From the NCBI RefSeq assembly GCF_036321535.1, contig NC_087447.1:38194001-38258000 (forward strand): DNA of 64,000 bases, given 5' to 3'. The notes below the pieces were generated by a model. It was not told the origin of the DNA and did no database searches. It saw nothing but the letters and a program-made list of their open reading frames with translations. The stretch is from Camelus dromedarius. Lineage: Eukaryota. The first letter of the stretch is position 1. Every line of letters begins with the position of its first letter. A program made the position numbers and the translations under genes. This document shows, in pieces, positions 14,568 to 29,624 of the stretch.

Positions 14568-15215
14568 GAAGATTCTACACAAAAAAAAATGTTAGAACAG
14601 ACAGATTCAGGAAAGCTGCGGAACACAAAATCAACACATATAAATCAGGTGCATTTCCAAACACTAACAATGAAATATTAAAAAATGAAATTAAGAAATA
14701 ATTCCATTTACACTAGAATCAAAAAGAATACTTAGGAATATACTAAAACAAAGAGTGTACGTACACTGAAAACTACAAAACTGAAAGAAGTTAAAACACA
14801 AATAAAAAGACATCCCATGTTAATGGATTATATGACTTGCTGGTGTTAAGATGTCAATACTACTCAGTCTACGGATTCAACTCAATTTCTATCAAAATTC
14901 CAAAGATGATTCTGCTAAGTTAAATAAGTTAGTCACAAGAAGATAAATACTGTATGATTCCACTTGCATTAGGTATCTAAAGTAGTCCAATTCATAGAAA
15001 CAGCATGTAGAAAGGCAGTTACCAGTAACTGGGCAAAAGGGGAACGGAATTACCATTTAATGGTTATAAAGTTTCAATTTGGGAAGATAAAGTTCTAGAG
15101 ATGATGGTGGGGATAGCTGTACAACAATTTAATGCCACTGAACTGTACACTTAAAATGGTTAATATGGTAAATTTTATGTTACATATATTTTATTACAAT
15201 TATTAAAAAACCTAT
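14568..15215 (+). mobile_element. Internally deleted L1 (L1MB-like 3' UTR) with TSD
   Basis: ORF2 RT/post-RT piece joined near 14910 to the ORF2 end and 3' UTR; 11-bp direct repeat atgaggaccct at 14557-14567 and 15216-15226. Confidence 0.75.
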
Positions 15216-15532
15216 ATGAGGACCCTCTTGCAGTTATACATTCCCAGGGGAGATTTATTTTATTTCTCCCCCAACTCCCGTGCCAAGGTCAAGATAGGCA
15301 TCCTGACTTCAGGGCTATATTTGCTTCTCACTTACCCTTACAATGGAGGAGTAAAAGTTTAATGTCTCAGTTTATGCAGTTTTTCTATCAGATTGATGAC
15401 TCTGGACAGACCCTAGTTTTTATCTCTTGAGCCTAGCCATACCTAACAGGAGTAAAAGTTCAAGGTCTCTAAGGATGGTCAGAAATGTTAAAGTGAAAGC
15501 TGGTTTTAGTGTCTGCTTACCTCTTGGGATTC

Positions 15533-15622
15533 CTACCAAAGGAGAGCAGAATATGCCACACAAGAATATGCCACTTTGGCAAATTGATTATTTTGAACTA
15601 AAGGTTACTTGAGAAACAACTG
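15533..15622 (+). mobile_element. MER34-like LTR 5' fragment
   Basis: cagaatatgccac...aatatgccactttggca...gattattttgaactaaagg resembles the MER34 start. Confidence 0.5.
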
Positions 15623-15739
15623 ATCTTAAGCGTCTAGACTCCAGAACTGTGAGACAATGAATTTCTGTTGTTCAAGCCACACAGTTTGTGGTACTTTGTC
15701 ACAGCAACCCATGCAAACTGTTAGAGCAGTTAATGCAAA

Positions 15740-16260
15740 CTAGTACATTCCTGTAACAAATTACTACTAACTCAGCTGTATAAAAACAACACACATTTAT
15801 TACCTTACAGTTCTGTGGGTCAGAAGTCTGGCACAGGTCTCACTGAGGTAAATCAAGGTGTTAGAAGGGCTTTATTACTTTCTGGGGGCTCTAGGGAAAA
15901 AATCCATTTCCTAGTCTTTTCCAGCTTCTAGAGACCACCTGCTTTCATTGGCTCCTGGCCTTCTCCCATTGTCAAAGCCAAAGATGGACTGAGTCAATCT
16001 TTCTCATATTATATTACTCCAACCCTACCTCCACTGTCATTTTTTTTCCTCTGATCTCTTCTGTCTCCCTCTTTTACTTTTTCAGGATCCTTATGATTAT
16101 ACTCGGTCTACTTAGATAATGTTGGATAATCTCCCCATCTCAAGGTCCTTAACTTAATCCCATTTGCAAAGTCTCCTTTGCCACATAAGGTAACATATAC
16201 ATAAATTCCAGAGATTAGAACATGGACATCTTTGTGGTACCTTCATTCTGTCTACCATAC
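15740..16260 (-). mobile_element. MaLR LTR (MLT1C/D-like); a small sense MLT1 3' fragment precedes it at about 15635-15720
   Basis: ctgtaacaaattac...tttattaccttacagttctg...ggataatctccccatctcaaggtccttaacttaatc...tgcaaagtc...ggacatcttt. Confidence 0.85.
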
Positions 16261-16629
16261 ATAGTAAAGTTGAATTCAAACATAACTTGCAACTCAGAAT
16301 CCTACTTCTAGATGCATGCATGCAGCTAGGGGACACAAAAAAATTCATAGCACTGTTCATAACAGCAAACAACTGAAAACTACCCAGGGGTCCATGAACA
16401 GTGGAATGGACACATGTCATTATGGCCATACAATGAAACACTATACAGCACTGAAAAATGAACTACATCTATCCATATCAACATAGGTGACTCAAATGTC
16501 AAGCAAAAAAAACTTACAGAAGAATTCATACAGCAAGATTCTATTTACTTAAAGTTCAAAAGCAGGCAATACTGACAACATATTATTTAGATATTTAGTA
16601 ATACATTCAGGGGAGTTATAATGATAAGT

Positions 16630-16713
16630 GAGAAAGAAAGAAAGAAAGGAAAGAAAGAAAGGAAAGAAAGAAAGGAAAGAAAGGAAAGAAAGAAAGGAAA
16701 GAAAGGAAAGAAA

Positions 16714-16747
<34 letters not shown>

Positions 16748-16858
16748 AGGAAAGAAAGAAAGAAAAGAAGGAAAGAAAGAAAAGAAGGAGAGAAAGAAAA
16801 GAAGGAGAGAAAGAAAAGAAGGAGAGAAAGAAAGAAGAGAAGGAGAGAAAGAAAGAAA
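16630..16858 (+). repeat. 229-bp pure polypurine (GAAA/GGAAA/GAGA) compound microsatellite inside an old L1 3' UTR
   Basis: No pyrimidine on the + strand from 16630 to 16858. Confidence 0.95.
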
Positions 16859-19800
16859 TTTAGATAGATGTGTTGCCTCTGAGGCAGAGAGAAGATGAAA
16901 AAGAGGTTACACAAAAGAAATGAGTAATAAGTACTTGGCTCTTTTCTTTTTTCATTTTCTTCCTTAAACCATATAAAAATATACATATGTATAGTCTTTT
17001 ATGTATGGCATTCCTCATTAACAAATTTAAATGCTAAATAAACTTAAAACATGCTGAAAGCAAGTTGTACGAAATGTAAGGAAGCAACCAAACAATGTAC
17101 TGTATCTGATGGAGGAGGGAAAATCTATAAAGATAAGATAAATTCCAGGTAAATCAATACCAGAGGAAAAATTCTAGGTCGTAAAAGAAAAAATGGGAAA
17201 TACACTCCTGTTCCCCAAGTTCGAAGAACAGACTTCTAATAGTCTCTTAAATAAACATGAATCAGCCTGTAAATAATAAGGTGAACAATGTAATAAACTG
17301 TCAGAAACTACCCACAGACAGAACCCAGCTCTACTAAAGTTTTGCTTGGCTAACATGGTTGTTCAGTTTGTTTTGTTTAAACTGAAAGCCCTCAGGCAAA
17401 GTAGGCAACAGTCTGTTCACTTCCATTCTACCCCACCCCCTCCTTCCTCAACATACAACATAAATATACTTTGTGGCTGGCCTCTGAAGGCACTTGAGTT
17501 TGAGACCAGCTGCATCCTGACAGGTCACCCTGGAATAACGATATCAGGTACCAAGTTTATCTTCAAGGTCATCGTGAACTATGTGATTTCAAGAGTACCT
17601 CCTATCTCTCACTCCCCTCTCTCTCCCACCTCTTTCCTCAAACTCCTTTACCCTGGGACATTATTAATCACATAATTGGAGATAGCTGGCAAATTAAGAA
17701 CAGCCTTGAGAAACTATGACTGCAAGTGCATGTGCTCCTTAAGCAAACTATAGGTGAACTAGGAGTTAAGACCTAGGTTCTAGCCCCTGTATCCCAATAT
17801 CTCATGGCATAACCTAGAGACAATATTTTTCTTTCTCTGGAGTTGAATTGCTTTCCTTTCTATAAAATGGGTACATTTCAGTTAGATAAACTCCAAATCT
17901 CTTTTATATCTATACAAATGTATTTATGTTGAAATAAACTTTTGCAGCAAGTATAGATTCTTCCTGCTTTGGGTGGGATATAAGACTGGCAGGAGAATGG
18001 GCTGCGGAAACTGGCTGACTTTGTAACTGAAGGGGAAAAAGGAAATAGAATCAAAGACGGGCCCACTACTGAGAGGATTAAAAAGTCAGAGGACAATGAA
18101 AACAAACTTCACTACATTTTACTAAAACCAAAGTTTTACTTATGGTTGGCCCTATTTACCTTCCACTCAGGGTGGGAAAACAAACTATGGAGATGTTGCT
18201 GTTTTATGCGGTATAATGAAAATATTCTATCACACATCATCACATCACCGCTTCACAGGATTTGTCACCTTTTATTTTTATATATGGTCAACTCTGCTAT
18301 AATGGAGTTTTGTTCTTAGCTTGTACATTAATTTGAGCATCACTAAATAATTCTTAGTCTTACACGTTTCTTAAAGGAAATTTCAACCAGTGTGAATGAT
18401 AAAAGCAAAAGCAAAAAAAAATCTACATGTCAATAAACATAAGCAGTCCTCAAATAGCTAGAGCCATGGATGGATGCAGGAGGAGGGTGTTCCGTAAGTT
18501 ATAATGGCTTTAAAAAAAAAAAAAAAGGCTAAGAGTAGGTTATTAGGACTTCGCAAGCAAGAGTCAAGGGCATGAACTTTATTCTGTGCACAATGAAAGG
18601 CAATAAGAGATTTTTAAAACACAGCAAGTGATTGGATCAAATCTGTGTTTTTGAAAGATAACTGATGGCAGGGTGCATGTAATATTTACAAAATAAAGCA
18701 TAAAAATATTACGTAGGCTGATGTTTTACTACAAAATATTAACCTGAAATTAGAATAAAACACTCATTAAATCTGACAAATACCACAATATTCCTTAAAA
18801 AATTTATTATGCCTTGCAAATTCCTTAGGGGGATAAATGATTACCTAAATTTTAAAATCTTTTTTAAAAGCCTTCATACTACATGTGTATACTTTTTTCA
18901 AATAAAATTAACACTTTAAATAATATTTATGGGTTTTAAGGCCACAGAGTTTTTAAATATTTACCTAACCATTTAGAAAGCACTCAGCATTTTAGGTATA
19001 GAAAAATATCTCACACATAGACTTATGTTTTTCAAAACCTCGTATTTACCTAGTCTATCACACACCAAATGATCTGGTTGAAAGCTGAAAACGACATTGT
19101 AAAATACTGAATTAAAATGGCATAGAAATACAGTTTGTTAAATTCTGGCCAAGGCATCTTATGGAGACAACTAAAAAAAAAAATTTTTTTTTTTTACTTC
19201 CTATTAGTTTCAGCTGACTCCTGGCAATTATACTACAAACTTAGTGCATCTTTTCATTAACTCATCAAGGTAGAACACAGCCAGCAGTAACTAAACTTTA
19301 AATCTAATTCAATGTTTTACAAATATGTGCCATTATTTTTCAATGTAGTATCTAACATAACATCCCAAATGTTAAAAATTACTTTAAATCCTCTCTCACA
19401 CAATTAAAAATGTTTACACTGATTTGAGTTTTCAACTATTTTTCAAAGAGTTTAATAAAAATACTTGAATTCTTAAGGAAATGAAAATGTAACAATTTTA
19501 TCAATCCAAAAATGAATGCCCACATATACTTGTTAAAAGAAAAGTTCTCTCTCTTAAAAAAAAATACAGAATATTTGTTCATATTTTCCAACTATCACAC
19601 CTTGGAAAATATAGGCTAGCAGTATCAATATTAAATATTTAAGTAAAACTTTGAGATCTACTAACTTGTGAAGTTTTACTCATACTTTTATTTATACCTT
19701 ACAGAAAGTGTAAACTAACTAAAAGAAATGAATTCTAGAATTGGAAGCTATTATAGAATTCATCTACTGGATCCCCTGACTTGACAGGATGCTGAGACTC

Positions 19801-21084
19801 TCCAAAAGGCTCACCAACTTTTCCAGTATGATAATAAAGCCAAGCCTTTTCCCTGGAACCTCTATGTATCCAGGACATTTTCCCCTATATTAGCCTCTAC
19901 CTAAAACCGTTTGTCTCCCTTCACTTTCTGAAACGAGAGTGACTTTTACAATTATCTCATACAAAGTTTAGCACTTTGAAAATCAGAAAATATCTTGATC
20001 TTTGTACTTCCATAAAAGTACCGATTTTCTATTCCTTTCTTTCACTTAGGATACACACAAACAAAACCACAGATCTGCTGTTAAACTTCATGAAAAAGCA
20101 TAAGTAAATTTTATTACAATGTCTGCCAAGTTAAAAATATCTAGTAATTTCCAGTAATGCCAAAGTGTATTATATTATGATACTGAACATTAACTAACCA
20201 TGAATAAACTCCTGAAGCCCCTCTGCCAAAAAAAGTTCTTATTCACAGTAGAATGTGAATAAGGGTTTTCTGCACTGATAAAATATGCCCTTTTTAAAAG
20301 CAGAAATGTTATTTTCCCTAATACAGAAACAAACAAAGCTACCTGGCATAACAATGCCGCACCTAGTTAACAGTTGAAAAAAGGTTAATGTCATAGAGCA
20401 CCAGACCAGGATTAAGAAGACCAGAAATTTTCAATTTATAAGACAACAGCCGTAATTCACTAGGCCAACGAGTTACAATTAAGTTATGCTAAACTGTAAT
20501 GCTGTTAAGCTCAGGAAAATTGTCTACAAGTGTGATGAAACTGTGCTAAAACACTTTTCCAGGGTTAAAAATACAATCTATTCACAGTCAAATGCTAGTA
20601 CAGTCTATAAAAATAGCTGATACATTTTTGCTCTACAGTGAATCTTCTCATGACAATTTTCCTCATGATACACATTTTTCTAACCGTTGTCTATTATCAC
20701 TAGCAGTAAACTGAGAAAACAAAAGGTATTACACTTTTTGAACAATTTTTCCAAGCTTTTGGCCAAATAACTACTGACCACAAAAGCGGCCTCTGAAAAC
20801 ACTTTTCAGGAAGCAAGGTGCTGTCTCCCTGAACACTACAGATCACCGTTAAACATGCCACAAAATCAGTGTAGTGGCTTGTAGATTATATTGAAGAGCA
20901 AAGAACAACAGGTGTAGTAAGAATAAGGAACTTCTGTTTCAAATATATTGGGTGCCCAATGTAAAACATATCACTAATCAAAAGGTCTGAAAACCAGTGG
21001 TATAGTCTCCCTACTCTCCTAATTAAGCAAAATCTCTACAACTCATCCTTTTAAGTGCCTAGAAAACAGCACTGAAAACTGAAA

Positions 21085-21270
21085 AATCTATGTTCAAATC
21101 CCAGCACTGCCACTTACTAGAAGTGTGAAGTTGGGTAATCTCTATAACTCTCAATTTGCTCATCTCTGAATTGAGGTTAATGTCACCTACCATATAGGGT
21201 TCTTGTGAAGATTTAAGATCATATACATAAAGCATTTTGCCCTTAGTAAATGCTCAGTGAAATAGTAGCT
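21085..21270 (+). mobile_element. MIR SINE
   Basis: gttcaaatcccagcactgccacttactag...ctcatctctgaa...atagggttcttgtgaagattt...tagtaaatgctcag. Confidence 0.8.
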
Positions 21271-21966
21271 ATACTTGGGGAGTTTCTTCCTGATGTAGAA
21301 CAGGTAAGAGTTCCCTAGGCTATATAAAGATACAAATGCTTTCCCTGATGATGATTTCAATTCCTTTATAAAACAAAAACATGTAAACCCACAGGAAAAG
21401 AAATTGTAAATGTTTTTGGCATATTTCCAAGCATTACTAAGTTTAAAGGTTAAATTGTTACAACATTCTCCTAATTATGCGACAAACACACAGGACCACG
21501 AGTTAGTCTGTAAAGGATTATATTAGCCTACGCTGCTGAAATTTGGGGTGGAGGATGAGGGGAGAAATCTCTTAAAATTATTCCAAACAGTCTTTTCATC
21601 TAAATTAACAAGTTCCGTTCCAAAAACTCATCACTGTTTTCTTTTCAAGATCTCAGATTTGTCCTCTCAATTATCAAGAATAATGAAAGCACACTGATTA
21701 AAATTCATGTATGTTATCTTAGCTGAGACATCACTGAAACAGCAACATAAATGGCACCAGAAAGATACACATCAGACAGTGCCAAAGTGGGAATAGTCAA
21801 TCTACTAAACTTCAAATAATTCACCTCATTCTTCTGAGAACGCATAAATTGCACAAACTCTTTAAAAAGTTTTTTTAAAAGCCTCCTGTATTTTAAGAAT
21901 TCTTTCCAGAATAAAACTTTTTTTTTCCCCACCCTGGAAGTTAACATGCTTTCAAACAGTAAATCA

Positions 21967-23790
<1,824 letters not shown>

Positions 23791-26700
23791 GTCCCGCCTC
23801 TACCCTCATCCCACTTTAGGGTGGGCCCTCCGACTTTCCGAGCCAAGCTGTGACCTGGTCAGGGCCAGCCACGGCCAAAGTCATGGTGAAGAAACCTTGA
23901 TCGCTGTAGCTAGGTCTGTCCTCAGCGGCAGTGTAGATTCTTGGGCCACGCAGCAGGCCCTTGCAGTGGCTTTTAGGGAGAGCATGCACGTGGAGCGCTC
24001 TCTGCAATTATCCTAGTAGGTATTACCGAGCTTATCTTCCTCAAGAACCTTCTTCATAAGGGAGTAACTACCATCCCATCCTCCGCTTCACACCCATACC
24101 AAACCTATCCACTGGTTCACATCTGTATCCCGCTTAACAAACAGAAAATCTGTTGTCGAAAATTTCTTTCCACACTGAAGGCTCTTGCACTGTAACTACA
24201 TGTTCTAGAGAGCGGGGATAGGAGGATTAGGAGTTCTCTCCAAGACCATTGCCCAGTTTGGATCAGTTGGCCATGAAAGAAGCCAAGTAAGATGCTATCT
24301 GTGAATTACTGGTGAAACCAGCTACATGTAGGAAACACTGACTTGAAAGCGGGAAGAACTTTGCTGTACCAAAGGGACTGCTCTGGAATCTAACCAATCA
24401 TAACTGCCTTAGTGAACTGTTTCCCTCCACCAAAATTCTCCCTTCAACCTCATGACAGGCCTGCATTTCTCAAAAAGCTAATTCCACATTTTTCCAGGGA
24501 GATGTGAAACCTTACTGTGTGGTAAATCCCACAAACAGGCCCATTTTTCACCAATTAATCTCTGCCCACAGCCATGACCTAAAAACAGACCATTTTCGTA
24601 TATGATCATAGTTCACATGCATAGCAGAAATCACGAAGAAAATGGCACAAGGATTTGACCAAGATGAAAAAAAGATCAGAATTCCCTTTCCTTGTCTGCC
24701 TCTTGGATAAAGGAAAAAATATTTAATAGAGTTTTCAAATTGATTACTCAAATGCTTGCCCTAAAAGATAAAAATCCCTGGGGTCTTTTTTCCACCATGA
24801 CAATTGAATTTTTTTTTTAATCTCATTTCAACAGAACTCAGCAAATATACTTTTAAATATATTTAAAAATAAACAGAACTCATCACTACCAGTCAAAGAT
24901 TAAAAATACATTTCGATGGATACATTTTGAGCTTGTATAGAAGAGCATGTCAGACTAGTATCAGCATCACTGAAATGCCCATTATAACTTTTCATGGGAA
25001 ATAATAAATTGCTTTGAAAATTAAAACAAATTCAGATTAAAGTTGTTAACAAATACGTAAATAAATAAAGCTGTTTGCTTTAAAAGCTTGGGTTGTTGTC
25101 TATGGCAGGAAAAGCATGGTAGTGGAAATAGTAGTGGACTAGAAATCCATTTCATAGTTTCTAGTCCTGGCCCATCCTTTCATGCCCTAGCGTTAAGCAA
25201 GTCACATTATTTTTACAGGCCTCAGTGTTCTCAATTGTAAAGTGAAGCAATTTAATTTTGATGACTTTTAAAGTCCCTTCTGGTCTTAAAAAGCTGCGAT
25301 TTCTATATACCAAAAATATATAGGCATTTCTAGGATCCAAGGATTGCCCAGAGTAAACTTTGAATTGTTTATACCATCAAAGTAAAGCGAACTCTCAATG
25401 TTGACAAAAATATAAGGATTTGTATCCAAGGACTATTATCTGGAAAATAAAATTCAAAGCCCTCCTCATATAACCCAGTTCTCCTTCTCTGAGCTGTCTT
25501 CCCAGGACTTCATGAAGGTAAAAGTCCAACTCTTTCAATAACCTATAGTTGGAATGCATCCCTGTAGACACCAACCCTAGCACCTGAGAGGATTCTAAAA
25601 TAAAATGTAAGGACATGACCAAAGACTGTCAGTTTATTCAACTAAAAATATGTACAAAAAGAATCAGCTAGCTATGTTTATAGCAACTCCCTTCTCTGTT
25701 TACAGTCTTCGTCAGAGATTATCAGTAGGCTGCATGTCTTAGAGTTCAAATTATTTAGTTATTCTTTTGCCAGAGTTAAACAACCGATAGTTACTTGGCT
25801 TTTGTCTTTAGGTTCAAGAATGTATAACCATTATCTATTGTGGAAAAAAAAAAAAAAGAGCTAAAGTCACACCTTTTAGTTTTCTCAACACTCAACTCCA
25901 GCTTCATTTTACCTAACTTTGCCTTTCCTCACATCTTGACCCATGAGCTCTCCACTAGAATCATTCTCCCAGTTTGATGATCCCTGATGTGGGATCCTAG
26001 TACTTACCATCCAGCTCCCGAGTCATTCTGGTGCAATGCACCCATTGTTGGTTTCTCTATTCCGATCATGAGGTCCTCGCCCTCAAGATCCAAAGACCTA
26101 GTTTTCCCATGTGCCCCAGATTATACGATTATTCTCCATTTTAAGTACCCACACCAACAAGTTGCCAATGCCTCAATTAAGTTTGAAAGAACTAAAATCC
26201 TGCCAAGGTCTTTCTAGTCACAAGACCAAAAACTCTGTCTCTGAACACTAGTTTACTGGCTAAAGACCCCATTAATGGACCTTCTAGATGCCATTGCCTG
26301 CCCACCTGTCTAACCTTACAAGCACCAATTGAGATGTCCCATTACCTGGCTCAGCCCAACTGTTAGAATACTCACTTCTTTGTCTGGACCTCTGGTTCTC
26401 ACCATTGCTGGATTGGAAATTGCCATCTCTGTGAATTCCGCTCCCCCCCGCCCCCGCCTCCACCTTTTTTTCTCCTTAAACCTTCACCCTCAAAGAAGCT
26501 GAAATACCAGATGGGCATCATGTTAGGTCTCAGAAACTCCTCCCCACCTGCCCTGTCTTCTAATAAGTTTAACTCCCCATCCTTATAACTTGTGCTTTGA
26601 TCTTTTTTTTTTTTTTTAAGAAGATAGGCTTATTTCCTAAACTCTAAAATCCAGATGTAAGAAAATCCATTTCTAGAGCAATATTCCTAGAAATTCCCTT

Positions 26701-27349
26701 TCAAATTAAATATTTTTAAATGGATTTTAGTCACTACAATAGACCCTATTATAATTATTGTCATGGAATATAAGTGGGAAATGGTGGTAAAGGTGGATGG
26801 ATGAGGGATAGAACTCTGTCCAGTCATTATCACTGTCCCATTATCAAGTGACTCCTCCTGGGGGATCTGACTCCACAGCTTGATTTATGGAGCAGCCTCT
26901 AGAGATTTGCTAAGAGCAGTTGTAAAGCAGGGAATAAAGGTTACCAGTTCTCTAAGAGCTTTTTATTTCTGTTCTCATTCTGCATTGTCATGTCTCAATT
27001 TTTGTTTTCAAACATTTTTCAAAAGAAATGTTATGCAAATAAAAGCAGACTGCTCTTATTGAAGTGGAGATGTCCCAGCCCAGAGCCTGCACACTGCAGG
27101 TCTGACACCTCCTACTCTGACCTGAAGCTCCCCTTTGGAACCCTTGGTCCAAAAGAAAGGAAAGAAGGAGAGAAAGAGGGAAGAAAGGAAAAAGAAGAGG
27201 GAGGGAGGGGAAGAAAAAATAAATTTAAGAAAAAGAAAGAAAGAGAAAAGACAGATTTAAAACCTCTGGAGTAGACCATAACAAATGGATTTGAACTGGA
27301 TTTTAGAAAATGCTTAGAACTGAGTGCTCTTTCTAAAACATAATTTTCA

Positions 27350-28233
27350 TCACAGACAAGCAAAAACTGAAAGAGTTTAGCAACACTAAACCCATGCTAA
27401 AAGAAATATTGACAAGTCTACTCTAAATAGAAAAGAAGCAGGAGAAATGAGAAACTCATAACTGGAAAGGAGATAACTGCCATGAATTACAAAAAGAATA
27501 AACACAAAATTGTAAAAGAAGACATCTAAATCATTAAGAGTGGGAGACGGAAGCAAGGAAAGCCACTGTGGAAAACAGTATGGAGATTCCTCAAAAGACT
27601 AGGAATAGTCTTACCGTATGACCCAGGAATCCCGCTCCTGGGCATATATCCAGAAGGAACCCTACTTCAAAATGACACCTGCGCCCCAATGTTCATAGCA
27701 GCACTATTTACAATAGCCAAGATATGGAAGCAGCCTAGATGTCCATCAACAGATGACTGAATAAAGAAGATGTGGTATATTTATACGATGGAATACTATT
27801 CAGCCACAAAACCCGACAACATAACGCCATTTGCAGCAACATGGATGTTCCTGGAGAATGTCATTCTAAGTGAAGTAAGCCAGAAAGAGAAAGAAAAATA
27901 CCATATGAGATCGCTTATATGAGGAATCTAAAAAATAAATAAATAAAACAAAACAGAAACAGACTCATAGACATAGAATACAAACTTGTGGTTGCCAAGA
28001 GGGCGGGGGGTGGGAAGGGACAGACTGGGATTTTAAAATGCAGAATAGATAAACAAGATTATACTGTATAGCACAGGGGAAAATATACAAGATCTTGTGG
28101 TAGCTCATACAGAAAAAAAAATGTGACAATGAACATATACATGTTCATGTATGACTGAAAAGTTGTGCTCTACACTAGAATTTGACACAATATTGTAAAA
28201 TATTACTCAATAAAAATATAAAGAAAAAATAAA
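27350..28233 (+). mobile_element. Relatively young L1-derived element: ORF1 C-terminus and spacer fused to ORF2 tail, 3' UTR and poly-A
   Basis: TDKQKLKEFSNTKPMLKEILTSLL* (ORF1 end), then from about 27563 [30 protein letters not shown]...CAPMFIAALFTIAKIWKQPRCPS (ORF2 end). Imperfect TSD taaaacataattttca (27334-27349) / taaaacgtaatttttca (28234-28250). Confidence 0.9.
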
Positions 28234-28900
28234 TAAAACGTAATTTTTCAGAATTCAGTAATAAAGCAGCCCGAATTCCTCAGGGATAATGATATAAAGC
28301 AGTCTGAAAAAAAAATTAATATCAAAGAAACTTTCAGGAGTAGCCAGTAAATGAAGCAGTATCATTGAGATTCCAAATTCCAAAACTAGAGCCATTCCTT
28401 AAGAGTCATGAAAACTTTAAAAGGTTTTGAATGAAAGAATTACCATTTACAAACTTACCTTTGAGAATGAAAAAAAAAAAAAAAAAAAAAAAAAAAACCA
28501 AAATAGAAAAAGACTGGCTTTTCTCTGATAGAGAAATGATCACTCTGTTTTCAATGTGCACTGGCAACTCTGTTGCCAGAGTGTGTTAATAATACCTATT
28601 TTCCTGCCAGCTAATACTCACATCAGAATCTGAACCTCACTTTGAGTTTCTCTTTAGTTCATCACAGAGAGTATTTATTGAGTGTCCCCTTTTAGGCAGA
28701 GCACTGTGCTAGATGCCATTTAGAACATTAAAAAACTATGAACTTCTTTAGAGGTTTCCTCAAGCTGCAGCTTTACGTGGAGGTAGGGCCTTTACACATA
28801 GACCATTAAAGAGCACAGGAGAGTACATGATAAAAACTGTTGGGAACAATGCTTCAGAACTATTAAAGAAGGAGAGAATCATTATTTTCCATAATCTCCC

Positions 28901-29403
28901 AGTTCCTGAACCAAACTTGAGTCCTCTGGCTCACAGTAAAGCCGGTCTACTGACACTGGGTTGTGGTTAAGGAAAAGTGCCCCGTTTATAGTATAAAGGC
29001 GCCAATACAAGGCGGCCAGGTGGCTTGTGCTGTAAAATCCTGAACTCCCACTAAGGGTTTCAGCAAAGCATTTTTAAACGCAGGTGGGTGAGGGTGGGGA
29101 GGTGGCAAGGGTTATGTGATCAGCTCGTGCACAATTCTGTTTGATTGATGGTGAGGTAAGAGGGCGGTGTCACAGGGGTTAACATTATCAATCCTTAGGC
29201 TCCAGGAGGCCTGGAGGCTATGTGCTCAAGGTCATCAAATAGTTAACATCTTCTGTTTGGTGGGGGGTGTTTCACATCAGTAAAACAACTCAGGAACTCT
29301 GCACCAGATACTGTTAACCTAGGTACTTCAGAGAGGTGCTAAAGCAGAGCATACAGAGGAAGGGTCTGTCCCAGGAAAGCCCGTAGGGTCCTGCTCCATC
29401 ACA
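28901..29403 (-). mobile_element. ERV1-class solo LTR
   Basis: About 500-bp element, richer in GC than its flanks, ending ...catcaca, with a 4-bp TSD TCCC (28897-28900, 29404-29407); resembles cetartiodactyl ERV1 LTRs. Confidence 0.75.
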
Positions 29404-29624
29404 TCCCTACTGTGTGGTTGCCTCAGCTTGCTTTCACGATTTGTTTCTCCTTCTCTACCAGTTCCAGTTCTCTCCCCAATGTCTGTCTGGATAGCTGTCT
29501 TTCTCACTCTCCCCTCTGTTCACCTCCCCTCTCTCATTTCTATATATAATCCCTCACTTCTTTTACTTCCTCAGTTCTGTGCACCACTCCCCTTGGCCAG
29601 CATTTAACCTTTCTCCCTTAATGA

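Noticed and set aside
16549..16986. Lys/Glu/Arg-rich and Phe/Leu/Ser-rich ORFs (similar ones at 26990-27363)
   Set aside because: Translations of purine-rich simple repeats.
28470..28497. Long poly-A run as the tail of a processed pseudogene
   Set aside because: No recognisable upstream mRNA body, poly-A signal or TSD.
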